From positions 1-54,048 of the IMG/VR virus record IMGVR_UViG_3300042864_000277: DNA of 54,048 bases; one strand, given 5' to 3'. Source of the DNA: a virus. Its lineage: Duplodnaviria > Caudoviricetes. Every line of letters starts with the position of its first letter. The first letter of the stretch is position 1. The notes below the pieces were generated by a model. The model made no database searches and was not told where the DNA came from. It saw only the letters and a program-made list of their open reading frames with translations. Shown here in pieces: positions 28,465 to 37,300 of the stretch. A program made the translations under genes and the position numbers.

Positions 28465-29514
28465 ATGAGCAATGAATTATTAGAAAAGTCAGTAGCTGCT
28501 AACACAGCAGTTACAGGTAATATGACAGGTGCTGCAGTAGCTACTACTGGAGTACACATTGGCTCTGAGGGTGAAGGTGGACTCCTTAACCCAGAGCAAT
28601 CAGCTCGCTTCCTTGACTATATGTTCGATGCAACCGTAATTGGTAAAGTCGCCCGTACAGTAAGAATGAGAGCAGATACAACAGAGATTGATCGTATGTC
28701 AGTAGGAGAGAAGCTTATGGTTCTAGCAACCGAAGCTGATCAAACTGGTGGCAACTCAGCGGTCTCATTCTCAAAGATTTCTTTGACAACAAAGAAGCTT
28801 CGCTTGGATTGGGAACTTTCAACAGAGTCTCTAGAAGACAACATTGAAGGTCCAGATCTAGAAGATCATATTGCCAGAATGATGGCAACACAGGCAGGAA
28901 ACGACATTGAAGATGTTATCCTAAACGGTAACACATCACTATCATCAGATAACCTATACAAGGCATTTGATGGTGTTGTAAAGAAGGCTAAGTCATACGG
29001 TCACGTTGTAGATCACGGTGGAGCAGCAATTTCTCGTGCAGCATTTAACTCTGCACTAAAGGATCTTCCACGTAAGTACAAGCAGCGTCGTGCAGACCTT
29101 CGCTTCCTAGTTGGATCAAACTTGATCCAGGACTTCCTATATGCAAACAGCATTGGTACTAACCAGACAATTCCACAGGATATTGCTTCAAGCATCATCC
29201 GTGGTGATGTACAGCCAGTCTCAGGACCAGCAGGTTACGTAGCACCTTATGCATTTGGTATTCCAATTGTTGAAGTTCCACTTCTAAACGAAGCACAGGA
29301 CGGCGACTATTCAGGAGAGACAGGAAACCACGGAGATATCCACTTAACATTCCCTAACAACGTAGTTGTTGGAATTAAGCGTGATGTAACTGTTTACCGT
29401 TTCTTCTGGCCACGTAAGGACTCAATTGAGTACACAATGTATACTCGTGTTGGCGTCCAGATCGAACAAGCAGATGCTTGGGTCGTAGTGAAGAACGTAA
29501 AAGTAGCTTCATAA
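28465..29514 (+). CDS. Major capsid protein (HK97 fold)
   Basis: GGLLNPEQSARF, E.LEDNIEG, D.ED..LNG and FGIPIVEVP motifs; 349 aa, directly after the protease. Confidence 0.9.
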   Translation: MSNELLEKSVAANTAVTGNMTGAAVATTGVHIGSEGEGGLLNPEQSARFLDYMFDATVIGKVARTVRMRADTTEIDRMSVGEKLMVLATEADQTGGNSAVSFSKISLTTKKLRLDWELSTESLEDNIEGPDLEDHIARMMATQAGNDIEDVILNGNTSLSSDNLYKAFDGVVKKAKSYGHVVDHGGAAISRAAFNSALKDLPRKYKQRRADLRFLVGSNLIQDFLYANSIGTNQTIPQDIASSIIRGDVQPVSGPAGYVAPYAFGIPIVEVPLLNEAQDGDYSGETGNHGDIHLTFPNNVVVGIKRDVTVYRFFWPRKDSIEYTMYTRVGVQIEQADAWVVVKNVKVAS

Positions 29515-29533
29515 TTTAGGATTAAATCCGCAA

Positions 29534-29570
29534 GAGAGGCCCCCAATTAATTTTGGGGGCTTCTCATTTT
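29534..29570 (+). terminator. Intrinsic terminator after the capsid gene
   Basis: gagaggcccccaa-ttaatt-ttgggggcttctc followed by atttt. Confidence 0.8.
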
Positions 29571-29580
29571 AATTTACTAA

Positions 29581-29589
29581 TGCTATAAT
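29581..29589 (+). promoter_or_regulatory. Extended -10 promoter
   Basis: TGCTATAAT upstream of RBS aaggag and ATG 29619. Confidence 0.55.
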
Positions 29590-29618
29590 TAATTGACCTA
29601 GAAAAAGGAGAATATAAG

Positions 29619-30014
29619 ATGTCATTCGACACCCTAAAGGTAGCAGAACTAAAAAAAATTGCAGAGGACTTTGCAGTTGAAACAACCAGCTTAAAGAACA
29701 AGAACGATATTATTGCAGCCCTAGCAGAAGAAGGCGTAACATGGGCAGTGTACGAACAAACAATTAAAAATATTGAGGAAGAGGCGGAAGAAATTGAAGT
29801 CCTTCCTAGATTTGATAAGAACCAGAAAATCACAGACGATATGGTTCTTGTTAGAATGACTAGAGAAAACTTCCGTTATGATATTATGGGAAAAACATTC
29901 ACCAAAGCGCACCCATTTGTAGCAATGTCTTCAGACGTAGCACAAGCGATCTTTGATAAAGAGGAGGGTTTTAGACCAGCTACACCAAAGGAAGCACAAG
30001 ACTTCTATAGCTAA
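29619..30014 (+). CDS. Hypothetical protein with a Rho-N/HeH-like N-terminus
   Basis: LKVAELKKIA.......K.K.DII..L pattern. Confidence 0.55.
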   Translation: MSFDTLKVAELKKIAEDFAVETTSLKNKNDIIAALAEEGVTWAVYEQTIKNIEEEAEEIEVLPRFDKNQKITDDMVLVRMTRENFRYDIMGKTFTKAHPFVAMSSDVAQAIFDKEEGFRPATPKEAQDFYS

Positions 30015-30029
30015 TTTAAAACGTAAATA

Positions 30030-31016
30030 ATGTCAGAGATATATATTGATCAAACTTCACCAATTAAGACAAAAATCTTTTATGACGGAGAAATTATCGA
30101 TGCAGATGGAAGCGTAGTAGCGACTGTATATGATATTACCTCAGACGTCAAGATTAGTCCCACTGTTCTTCCAACGACAGTTCAAACAACAATAACTGCA
30201 ACAAAGTTAGACTCAGATGCTGGAACATATCAAATTGTTCTGCCAGTCTCATTTTGCCGCAGAAATAGAAAGTTTAAGATTGTTTGGTCATATACAGTTT
30301 CTGCAACCGCTGGATCTCATACTACATATACAGAGGTTGTTACTCCATATGCAAATCTATCTGAAGTTATTGAAGATTTAAATATCGGCTCAGATGTTAG
30401 TGATCCAAATTATAAGACATACAATGAGTTACAGATGGCGGAGAAATACGCTAGAAAACTTATTGAAGAATATTGCAATCAGTCATTTTATCTTTATGAT
30501 GATCAAGAAGTTGCATATGGTCATGGCTCAGACACATTGCCTCTTCCATATAGAATATATGAGATACATAAACTATACGAAAACGATGTTCTTATAGTAG
30601 ACAATATTGCTAATGTTAATGATTGGATTTATGACCCAATTATATCTGAATCTAATTTTGGTATTAGGGTAGATAGACAAGACTTATTAGATAATATTAC
30701 ATATACTTCTAACGGATTAATTCCTCCTTCTATTAATGACAGAGGTTTTTCTGGAGCATTTAAAAAAGATTTTAGATATAGAATTTCTGGAAGATTTGGT
30801 TGGCCATCCGTGCCAGACAATGTTGAAGAAGCATGCCGTATTTTAATGCAGCAATACTTTGATAAAGATACTGCATGGAAAAATAAGTATGTTAAGAGTA
30901 TAAGTACTTTTGACTGGAAATTTGACTACATGCCAGAAGCACACACTGGAACTGGCAATCTATATGCAGACCAGCTTCTTAACTCATATAGAATTAACGG
31001 AATGGCAACATTCTAA
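30030..31016 (+). CDS. Head-to-tail adaptor/connector
   Basis: Synteny, plus A..LIE.YC...F and G.FGW..VP..V..AC..L motifs. Confidence 0.65.
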   Translation: MSEIYIDQTSPIKTKIFYDGEIIDADGSVVATVYDITSDVKISPTVLPTTVQTTITATKLDSDAGTYQIVLPVSFCRRNRKFKIVWSYTVSATAGSHTTYTEVVTPYANLSEVIEDLNIGSDVSDPNYKTYNELQMAEKYARKLIEEYCNQSFYLYDDQEVAYGHGSDTLPLPYRIYEIHKLYENDVLIVDNIANVNDWIYDPIISESNFGIRVDRQDLLDNITYTSNGLIPPSINDRGFSGAFKKDFRYRISGRFGWPSVPDNVEEACRILMQQYFDKDTAWKNKYVKSISTFDWKFDYMPEAHTGTGNLYADQLLNSYRINGMATF

Positions 31017-31017
31017 A

Positions 31018-31443
31018 ATGGATCTTATAACATCAGTATTACCAATGCTGCTGGACGTTTATATACAAGCAGATACACAGGACCCAGATACTGGCGCTAT
31101 GATAAAAGAGTTTCAATATAGAACTACATTAAACTGTAGCGCTAAAGGAATAATTAGCAACTCTGCAACTTCAAGAGGCGGAGACAGACAAGTTATGACT
31201 AATAAGTATACTAATGAACAAATGATACAGATTAGAACTGTAGAGAAGTTAAACATTAGACATAAGATTACAGCGATTAGAGATAAAAACAATAACTATA
31301 TTTGGAAAGAATTAAATCACCCAACAGAGTCTCCAACCGTATTTGAGGTAATTGGCGTAACTCCAATACTTGATCCATTCGGAACAATTCTTGCATATAG
31401 CACTACAGCTAAAAGATCGGAGAATCAGGTAATTGGAGTCTAG
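31018..31443 (+). CDS. Head closure/stopper protein
   Basis: Likely start is ATG 31018. Beta-rich and positioned after the adaptor. Confidence 0.55.
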   Translation: MDLITSVLPMLLDVYIQADTQDPDTGAMIKEFQYRTTLNCSAKGIISNSATSRGGDRQVMTNKYTNEQMIQIRTVEKLNIRHKITAIRDKNNNYIWKELNHPTESPTVFEVIGVTPILDPFGTILAYSTTAKRSENQVIGV

Positions 31444-32212
31444 TACAGCATTAGTATCTGTAGCCAGTGGATTAGAATCATTAATGACTGGATTAAATAC
31501 ATCTATACTAAAAGACTCAACGGTTGCCCAAATTTCTGCTACTGTATATTATCAGGCTCATGTTATGGCAAAGCTTACTTCTAATAAAAACTTTCAAAGT
31601 AAATTTAATACAATGATATTTAGACAGATTAACGAAGACTTTGGTGCATATATAGATGCCAAGGCAAGAACTGCACCAATAGCATTTCACCATGTCTATG
31701 AATGGAAAAAGACTGGAAACTCAGAAGCAAGACTATTTGAAATAAACAAGTTATCACAAGATGGATTGTCATTTAGACTAGGATATAATTTTAAATTATC
31801 TAAATCATTAGTTCCAACAGGCAAGGGAAAACACAGACATGTATTTGCAAATAAAGCGGCAGTCATGGAATCTGGTATACCCGTAATAATCCGCCCAAGG
31901 TCCGCAGAGCGACTTGTTTTTGAGGTTGATGGTTCTACCGTATTTATGCCCAAAGGGGCTGCAGTGACCGTTACAAAGCCTGGAGGTACCAGAGTAAAAG
32001 ACACCTTCAAGATAGCATACAAACAATTCTTTACAGGCAATTTAGTTAACCTATCAATTAAGAAATCGGGATTTCAAAAGATGTTTAATAGTTCAATTAG
32101 TAAAGCACTAAGTATTCCCATCGACATTAAAAGAGTTAAATATTCATTCTCTGCTAATACTGTCAGATCACAGGCAAACTTTGCTTTAACTTCAGCATTT
32201 GGAGGTGCATAA
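31433..32212 (+). CDS. Neck/tail completion protein
   Basis: TTG start, basic protein in the neck gene position. Confidence 0.5.
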   Translation: MESSTALVSVASGLESLMTGLNTSILKDSTVAQISATVYYQAHVMAKLTSNKNFQSKFNTMIFRQINEDFGAYIDAKARTAPIAFHHVYEWKKTGNSEARLFEINKLSQDGLSFRLGYNFKLSKSLVPTGKGKHRHVFANKAAVMESGIPVIIRPRSAERLVFEVDGSTVFMPKGAAVTVTKPGGTRVKDTFKIAYKQFFTGNLVNLSIKKSGFQKMFNSSISKALSIPIDIKRVKYSFSANTVRSQANFALTSAFGGA

Positions 32213-32721
32213 TGGTTAATTATAAATTAGACGCAATGCTGGAATTACGTAAGTATATTTGGAAGCGGTTAAAGGATACAGATATATTTAATGAGGATGA
32301 TTACTATAGTGAGAATATAGGAGATATTACAGTTCCTATTATTCCCGTCCAACAGGTGGCGGAATTAAATCAATTCTTGAGCGGAAAGAAGCACATAGTC
32401 TACGATAAGATAGGAATGTCCTATGAAGACCTATGGGCTATATGCTGTGAGCAAATCCTATTTACGATCTATTCAACAGATGTTTCTGAGATAAATGAGA
32501 TTAGAAACTTTATGACAGATGAATTTAGAAGAGTAGATGAGTCGGCCAAAGATGTAAACAATTGGGTAGACCTATCAAATAAATTCAAATTCTACAGCAT
32601 CTTTATAGCCGATATATCCCCAACAGAGCCATCTCAAGAAATGGAAGGCTTTCTATCAGCAGATATTGTTTTAGAAATTAAATATTCAAGAGCAGCTGGG
32701 TCAAATGGAAGGTTCATTTAG
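32212..32721 (+). CDS. Tail terminator-like protein
   Basis: Acidic 169-aa protein immediately before the major tail gene. Confidence 0.55.
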   Translation: MVNYKLDAMLELRKYIWKRLKDTDIFNEDDYYSENIGDITVPIIPVQQVAELNQFLSGKKHIVYDKIGMSYEDLWAICCEQILFTIYSTDVSEINEIRNFMTDEFRRVDESAKDVNNWVDLSNKFKFYSIFIADISPTEPSQEMEGFLSADIVLEIKYSRAAGSNGRFI

Positions 32722-32722
32722 T

Positions 32723-32751
32723 TTGCCTTTTTACTCAAAAAGCCCTATTAT
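32723..32751 (+). promoter_or_regulatory. Promoter of the major tail gene
   Basis: TTGCCT-17 nt-TATTAT, with RBS ggaggt before 32828. Confidence 0.6.
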
Positions 32752-32827
32752 TGGACTAAGAGGAAAGACAGCCTAGCCAGCTTTGATAGATTTATTTATG
32801 ATTTTGAAATAACAGGAGGTAAAAAAT

Positions 32828-33535
32828 ATGGCAATTTCAGCGCCAAATAACGCAAAGAATATTATAGTCGGTGCATCACCACTATTCCTTAGTCTTGCTA
32901 CAACAGGAGATTCTTCTTTAGACCCAACAGCGGGTTCAAATAAAGAATCATTCTCTTCATCAGCATCTTATACAACAACACTAGATGCAGCAACAACTAA
33001 GTGGAAGAATGTCGGATTCACAAACAACGGTCTTCAGATTACATACAACCCAACTTATGGAAATGTAACAGTAGATCAGCTTCTTGATAGCGCAAAGCTA
33101 TTCAAAGAGTCAATGGAAGTTATGATTGCAACAGAAATGGCAGAAGGCGTTCTTGAGAACGTACTTGCAGTTTTTGGACAGCCAGGAACACTTTCAGGTG
33201 GATCAGTAACAACAGTTACAGCAGATCAGTCACTAACATCTGCAGATCCAACATCTTCAACACCTAAGCAATTAGGTCTTGCAGCAGGAGCACTTCTTTC
33301 AGCACCAGTAGAGCGTCAGCTCGTTGCTGTTGGACCAGCTCCAGATTACGCAGTGTCAGGAAGCCTAAAGAATGAGCGTGTATATTATGCACGTCGTGTT
33401 CTTTCAGTACAACAGTCACAGTTCTCGTTGGCACGTAACACTCCAACAACATTCCCAGTAACATTCCGTCTACTCCCAGAGTCAGCATATGCTGGTTCAG
33501 AGTACGGAAAGATTATTGACCGAGTTTACTCATAA
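32828..33535 (+). CDS. Major tail (tube) protein
   Basis: NIIVGA, VGFT..GL...Y.P....V.VDQ and FPVTFRLLP motifs; strong RBS; followed by a hairpin and chaperone genes. Confidence 0.8.
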   Translation: MAISAPNNAKNIIVGASPLFLSLATTGDSSLDPTAGSNKESFSSSASYTTTLDAATTKWKNVGFTNNGLQITYNPTYGNVTVDQLLDSAKLFKESMEVMIATEMAEGVLENVLAVFGQPGTLSGGSVTTVTADQSLTSADPTSSTPKQLGLAAGALLSAPVERQLVAVGPAPDYAVSGSLKNERVYYARRVLSVQQSQFSLARNTPTTFPVTFRLLPESAYAGSEYGKIIDRVYS

Positions 33536-33555
33536 TATCTAAATTTATTTAGATT

Positions 33556-33590
33556 AGCGGAAACCCCCATTAATTTGGGGGTTTTCTGCT
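33556..33590 (+). terminator. Hairpin/terminator after the major tail gene
   Basis: agcggaaaccccca-ttaatt-tgggggttttctgct. Confidence 0.7.
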
Positions 33591-33618
33591 TGTATTAGTA
33601 AGCGTGTTTTGTTATAAT
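33590..33618 (+). promoter_or_regulatory. Promoter of the chaperone/tape measure operon
   Basis: TTGTAT-17 nt-TATAAT with an extended TG; RBS aggagg before TTG 33645. Confidence 0.6.
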
Positions 33619-33644
33619 AATTAAGACAATCCTAGGAGGATAAA

Positions 33645-33977
33645 TTGGCTACTAAGATCTACGACGTAGAAGAAATTGAATTACAAAATGGGGCTAAGGT
33701 AAAATTAAAGCCCCTCACAATTAAAGAGTTAAGAAAATTTATGACTGCAATTAGCAAGACCGCAGATACAAAATCAGAAGATGAAACACTAGATATCCTT
33801 ATTGACGCATGTGCAGTTGCACTAGAAAAGCAGTTACCAGAATTGGTAGCAGATAGAGATGCATTAGAAGATGCATTAGACGTTCCCACAATCAATCGCA
33901 TCCTTGAAGTATGCGGTGGGATTAAGATGGACGACCCAAACCTTCTAGCGGCAGCGGTTCTGGCTGGTCAGAACTAG
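33645..33977 (+). CDS. Tail assembly chaperone (gpG-like)
   Basis: Located between the major tail and tape measure genes, with a slippery site near the 3' end. Confidence 0.75.
   Translation: MATKIYDVEEIELQNGAKVKLKPLTIKELRKFMTAISKTADTKSEDETLDILIDACAVALEKQLPELVADRDALEDALDVPTINRILEVCGGIKMDDPNLLAAAVLAGQN
33935..33941 (+). other. Programmed -1 ribosomal frameshift site C CCA AAC
   Basis: X XXY YYZ heptamer in the correct phase; the -1 frame is open to 34306. Confidence 0.75.
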
Positions 33978-34306
33978 ATTTAGCCGCTTTAGAGGGTGAA
34001 GTTTTTCTTTTAGGACACTGGAAGAATTACGAAGAACTAGAAGACAGTCTTTCAATGCCAGAACTGATTCAAACTTTGAAATCAATGCAAAAGACTGAGT
34101 CAGAAAAAAGAAGATTCTTAGCGTCAATCCAAGGCATAGACTTAGGAAAAGACGGTGAGGAACAAGAAGGTCCTTCCTTTGAAGATGTACAAAGACGGGC
34201 ACTTGGTATAAATACTAGTGGTGATGATATAGTTTCACTACAAGGTCAATTAGCATCAAGTGCAGGATTTGGAATTGGAGCAGGATTAGGATACGAAAAG
34301 GGGTAG
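33941..34306 (+). CDS. Frameshifted tail chaperone extension (gpT-like)
   Basis: The -1 frame reads PSSGSGSGWSELDLAALEGEVFLLGHWKNYEELEDSLSMPEL... and contains the 34055 ORF. Confidence 0.7.
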   Translation, partial: PSSGSGSGWSELDLAALEGEVFLLGHWKNYEELEDSLSMPELIQTLKSMQKTESEKRRFLASIQGIDLGKDGEEQEGPSFEDVQRRALGINTSGDDIVSLQGQLASSAGFGIGAGLGYEKG

Positions 34307-34315
34307 CATATATAA

Positions 34316-37300
34316 ATGGCTGATGAAAACATAGTCACGAATATAGTCGCTAATGCTGACTTTTCAGATCTAATTGCAAATGTCAATAAGGTTACTACTA
34401 ATCTTGCCCAATTAAAACAAACTCTTACAACAACTGATAAAGCGCTTGCATTGCAAGCAGCAAAGATTCAACAGAATTTTGCTTCAACATTAAGAAGCAC
34501 AGGGCAGTTCTCCACACACTTTGTAAGCCTGTCTTCCGATGTAGATAAGTTTGGAAAGAATTTAGATTCTGGAAAACTTAAGTTAAAAGACTATTATGGC
34601 ACATGGCAAAATCATTCAAAAACTGCAGGCGGTTTAATTAGAGATTTAGCAAAACAACAAGTTCAATTACAAAATTCTATTCTTCAACCATTAGGCAGAA
34701 ATGCTGAAGGGTTAATGCAATTTAACGTACAGGTCCCAAGAGGACTGGACGTAACAAAGAATAAGGCTGCACTGCTTAAGCAAGAAATGCAGATCATGAA
34801 TAAGGTAATTCAAGATGGCGGAGTGCAATTAATTAACTGGGGTAAGAATACTCAGTGGGCAGGACGTCAGTTAACCGTCGGACTTACTGTTCCAATCGCA
34901 GCATTTGGCAAAGCAGCAGCAGATGCATTTAGAGTCGCAGACGAACAACTAGTTAGACTTACTAAAGTTTATGGTGGGGTTGCACAAACTTCTGCTGTAG
35001 AGCTAGGAAAAATTAGAAAAGAAGTTGCAGCAACAGCAAAAGATTTAGCACAACAATACGGTGCATCTTATACCGAGACTATAGCTTTAGCAGCGGATAT
35101 TGCGGCAACTGGAAAACAAGGAGAAGATCTTCTTAACTCAACTAGAGAAACAACAAGGCTAGCAGTCCTTGGAGAAGTTGATCGTCAAGAAGCAATGAAG
35201 GCTACGCTTGCAATTCAAACAGCATTTAATCAAAATACACAACAGCTTTCTGAGTCGATTAACTTCCTCAACGCAGTTGAAAACCAAACCTCAACTAGCC
35301 TTGCAGATTTAGTTGAAGCAATTCCAAAAGCTGGACCAGTTGTAAAGTCTTTAGGCGGAAGTGTACAAGACCTAGCTCTTTATTTAACTGCTATGAAAGA
35401 AGGCGGAATCAATGCATCAGAAGGCGCAAATGCAATCAAGTCATCCTTAGCTTCTCTTATTAACCCAACTAAAGTTGCAAAGGAAATGTTTGCAGGATTT
35501 GGAATAGATTTAGGTGGAATCGTAACAAGCAATGCTGGAAATTTAACAGCAACAATATTAGAATTACAAAAGGCACTAGACACACTTGACCCATTAACTA
35601 AATCAAAAGCAATTGAACAACTATTTGGAAAGTTTCAGTTTGCTAGATTGTCAGCCTTATTTGATAACCTAGGAAAACAAGGAAGCCAAACACTAGAAGT
35701 TTTAGATTTAATGAATGCTAGTGCATCAGATTTAGCAAATGTAGCTGGACGAGAATTAGCACAAATTACAGAATCGGCTTCTGGTAAATACCGTAGAGCA
35801 TTAGAAGGACTAAAGGCAGATCTTGCAGGAGTTGGAGATGCGTTCCTTAATATTCAAACATTCTTTATTAACTTAATTGACAAGGTAATTGAATTTAATA
35901 ATAAACTTCCCGACCCAATTAAAAAGATTTTAACATTAGTAGGTGGGCTAACAGCACTAGCAGGTCCTGCAATTATGTTAACTGGTGTTCTTGCTAACTT
36001 CTTTGGATATATTATCAAGGGAGTTGCACATTTTAAGGCATTGTTTAAAGGCGGAGAAGGCTGGAAGTTATTAACTCCTGAAATTTTAGCAGCTCAAAAA
36101 GCTGGAAATCTTATGGAAACAACATTCTATAGCGATGCAAAAGCAGCAAACATTTTGGGACAAGCGCTAGCCAATTTAAATTTAGAACTAGATGAGCTAA
36201 CTAGAAAAGCAAGTTCTGGAACAATATCAGCAACACCAGTAATATCAACAATTGCGGGAAATACTTTAATGGGTGGTGCAAGAGAAGTTGTTCCAAGCCA
36301 TCCACTTGTAAGCGATAGAGATACTAGATCTTTTTCTCATCCAAATCCAGTAAGCCAGATGACACCAGAACAAAAAGCTGCACAAACAATATTTGGCATT
36401 GTTCCAGGAGCACCATTAGTTAATCAAAAAATAAGCAATAACCCACAAATGTATATGTCTGGCGATCTACCAAAGATAGAAGGAGTCAGCTCAATACGTG
36501 GAGTTTCAACAGGAATTGTTGCAGAAGAAGCTGCTAAATTCCATTCAATGACTGGCGCACTAGCAATGCAGTCACAACAAGAAATAGCAATACTTAAAAA
36601 AGAAATAGCGGCTACTGGATTAATTACCACCTCATTGTCAGATTCATATCAAGCACTTCTTCCAGAGATGTCAAGAATAACTAGTTTAGCGGCAACAGAG
36701 TCAGCGCAGATAGTTGCAGAGCTTCAAGCGTCTAAAATAACTGTTGATCAGGCAAGAACAAAAATTATTGCATTAAACCAACAGATTGAAGCAATGATGG
36801 GGCAGGCAGCAACAGGAGTTGCTACTGCACAAGGAAGAACAATCAATTTAACTCAACTTCCAATTGTAAATCAACCAGCGTTTGATCCAGTAACTGGAAA
36901 AGCTAATATGAAAGAGTTAACAAGACCAAGAAATAGAACTCTTATAAATAAGATTGCGGGAGCCCTAGGAGTTAAAACTTACGGTGCACCATACTCAATA
37001 GAAACAACAAGACCAAAAAGATTTAACATGGGTGGAAAGGTATTCTATAATAATGGAGATCAGGTTCCAGGATCTGGAAATACTGATACCGTTCCAGCAA
37101 TGCTTACTCCAGGTGAGTTTGTAATCAGAAAGGGTGTTGCACAGCAAGATCCTGATGGAATGAGAGCCCTTAATGATGGACAGGCTATGATTGTTCCAGT
37201 TCAAGGTAGACAGCTAGGCGGAGTAATTGCAAGCATAAGAAATAAAATGATTGCAGTAGGTGCCTCTAGAGGCGTTACAATGAGCAGCAAGGGGCATCAA

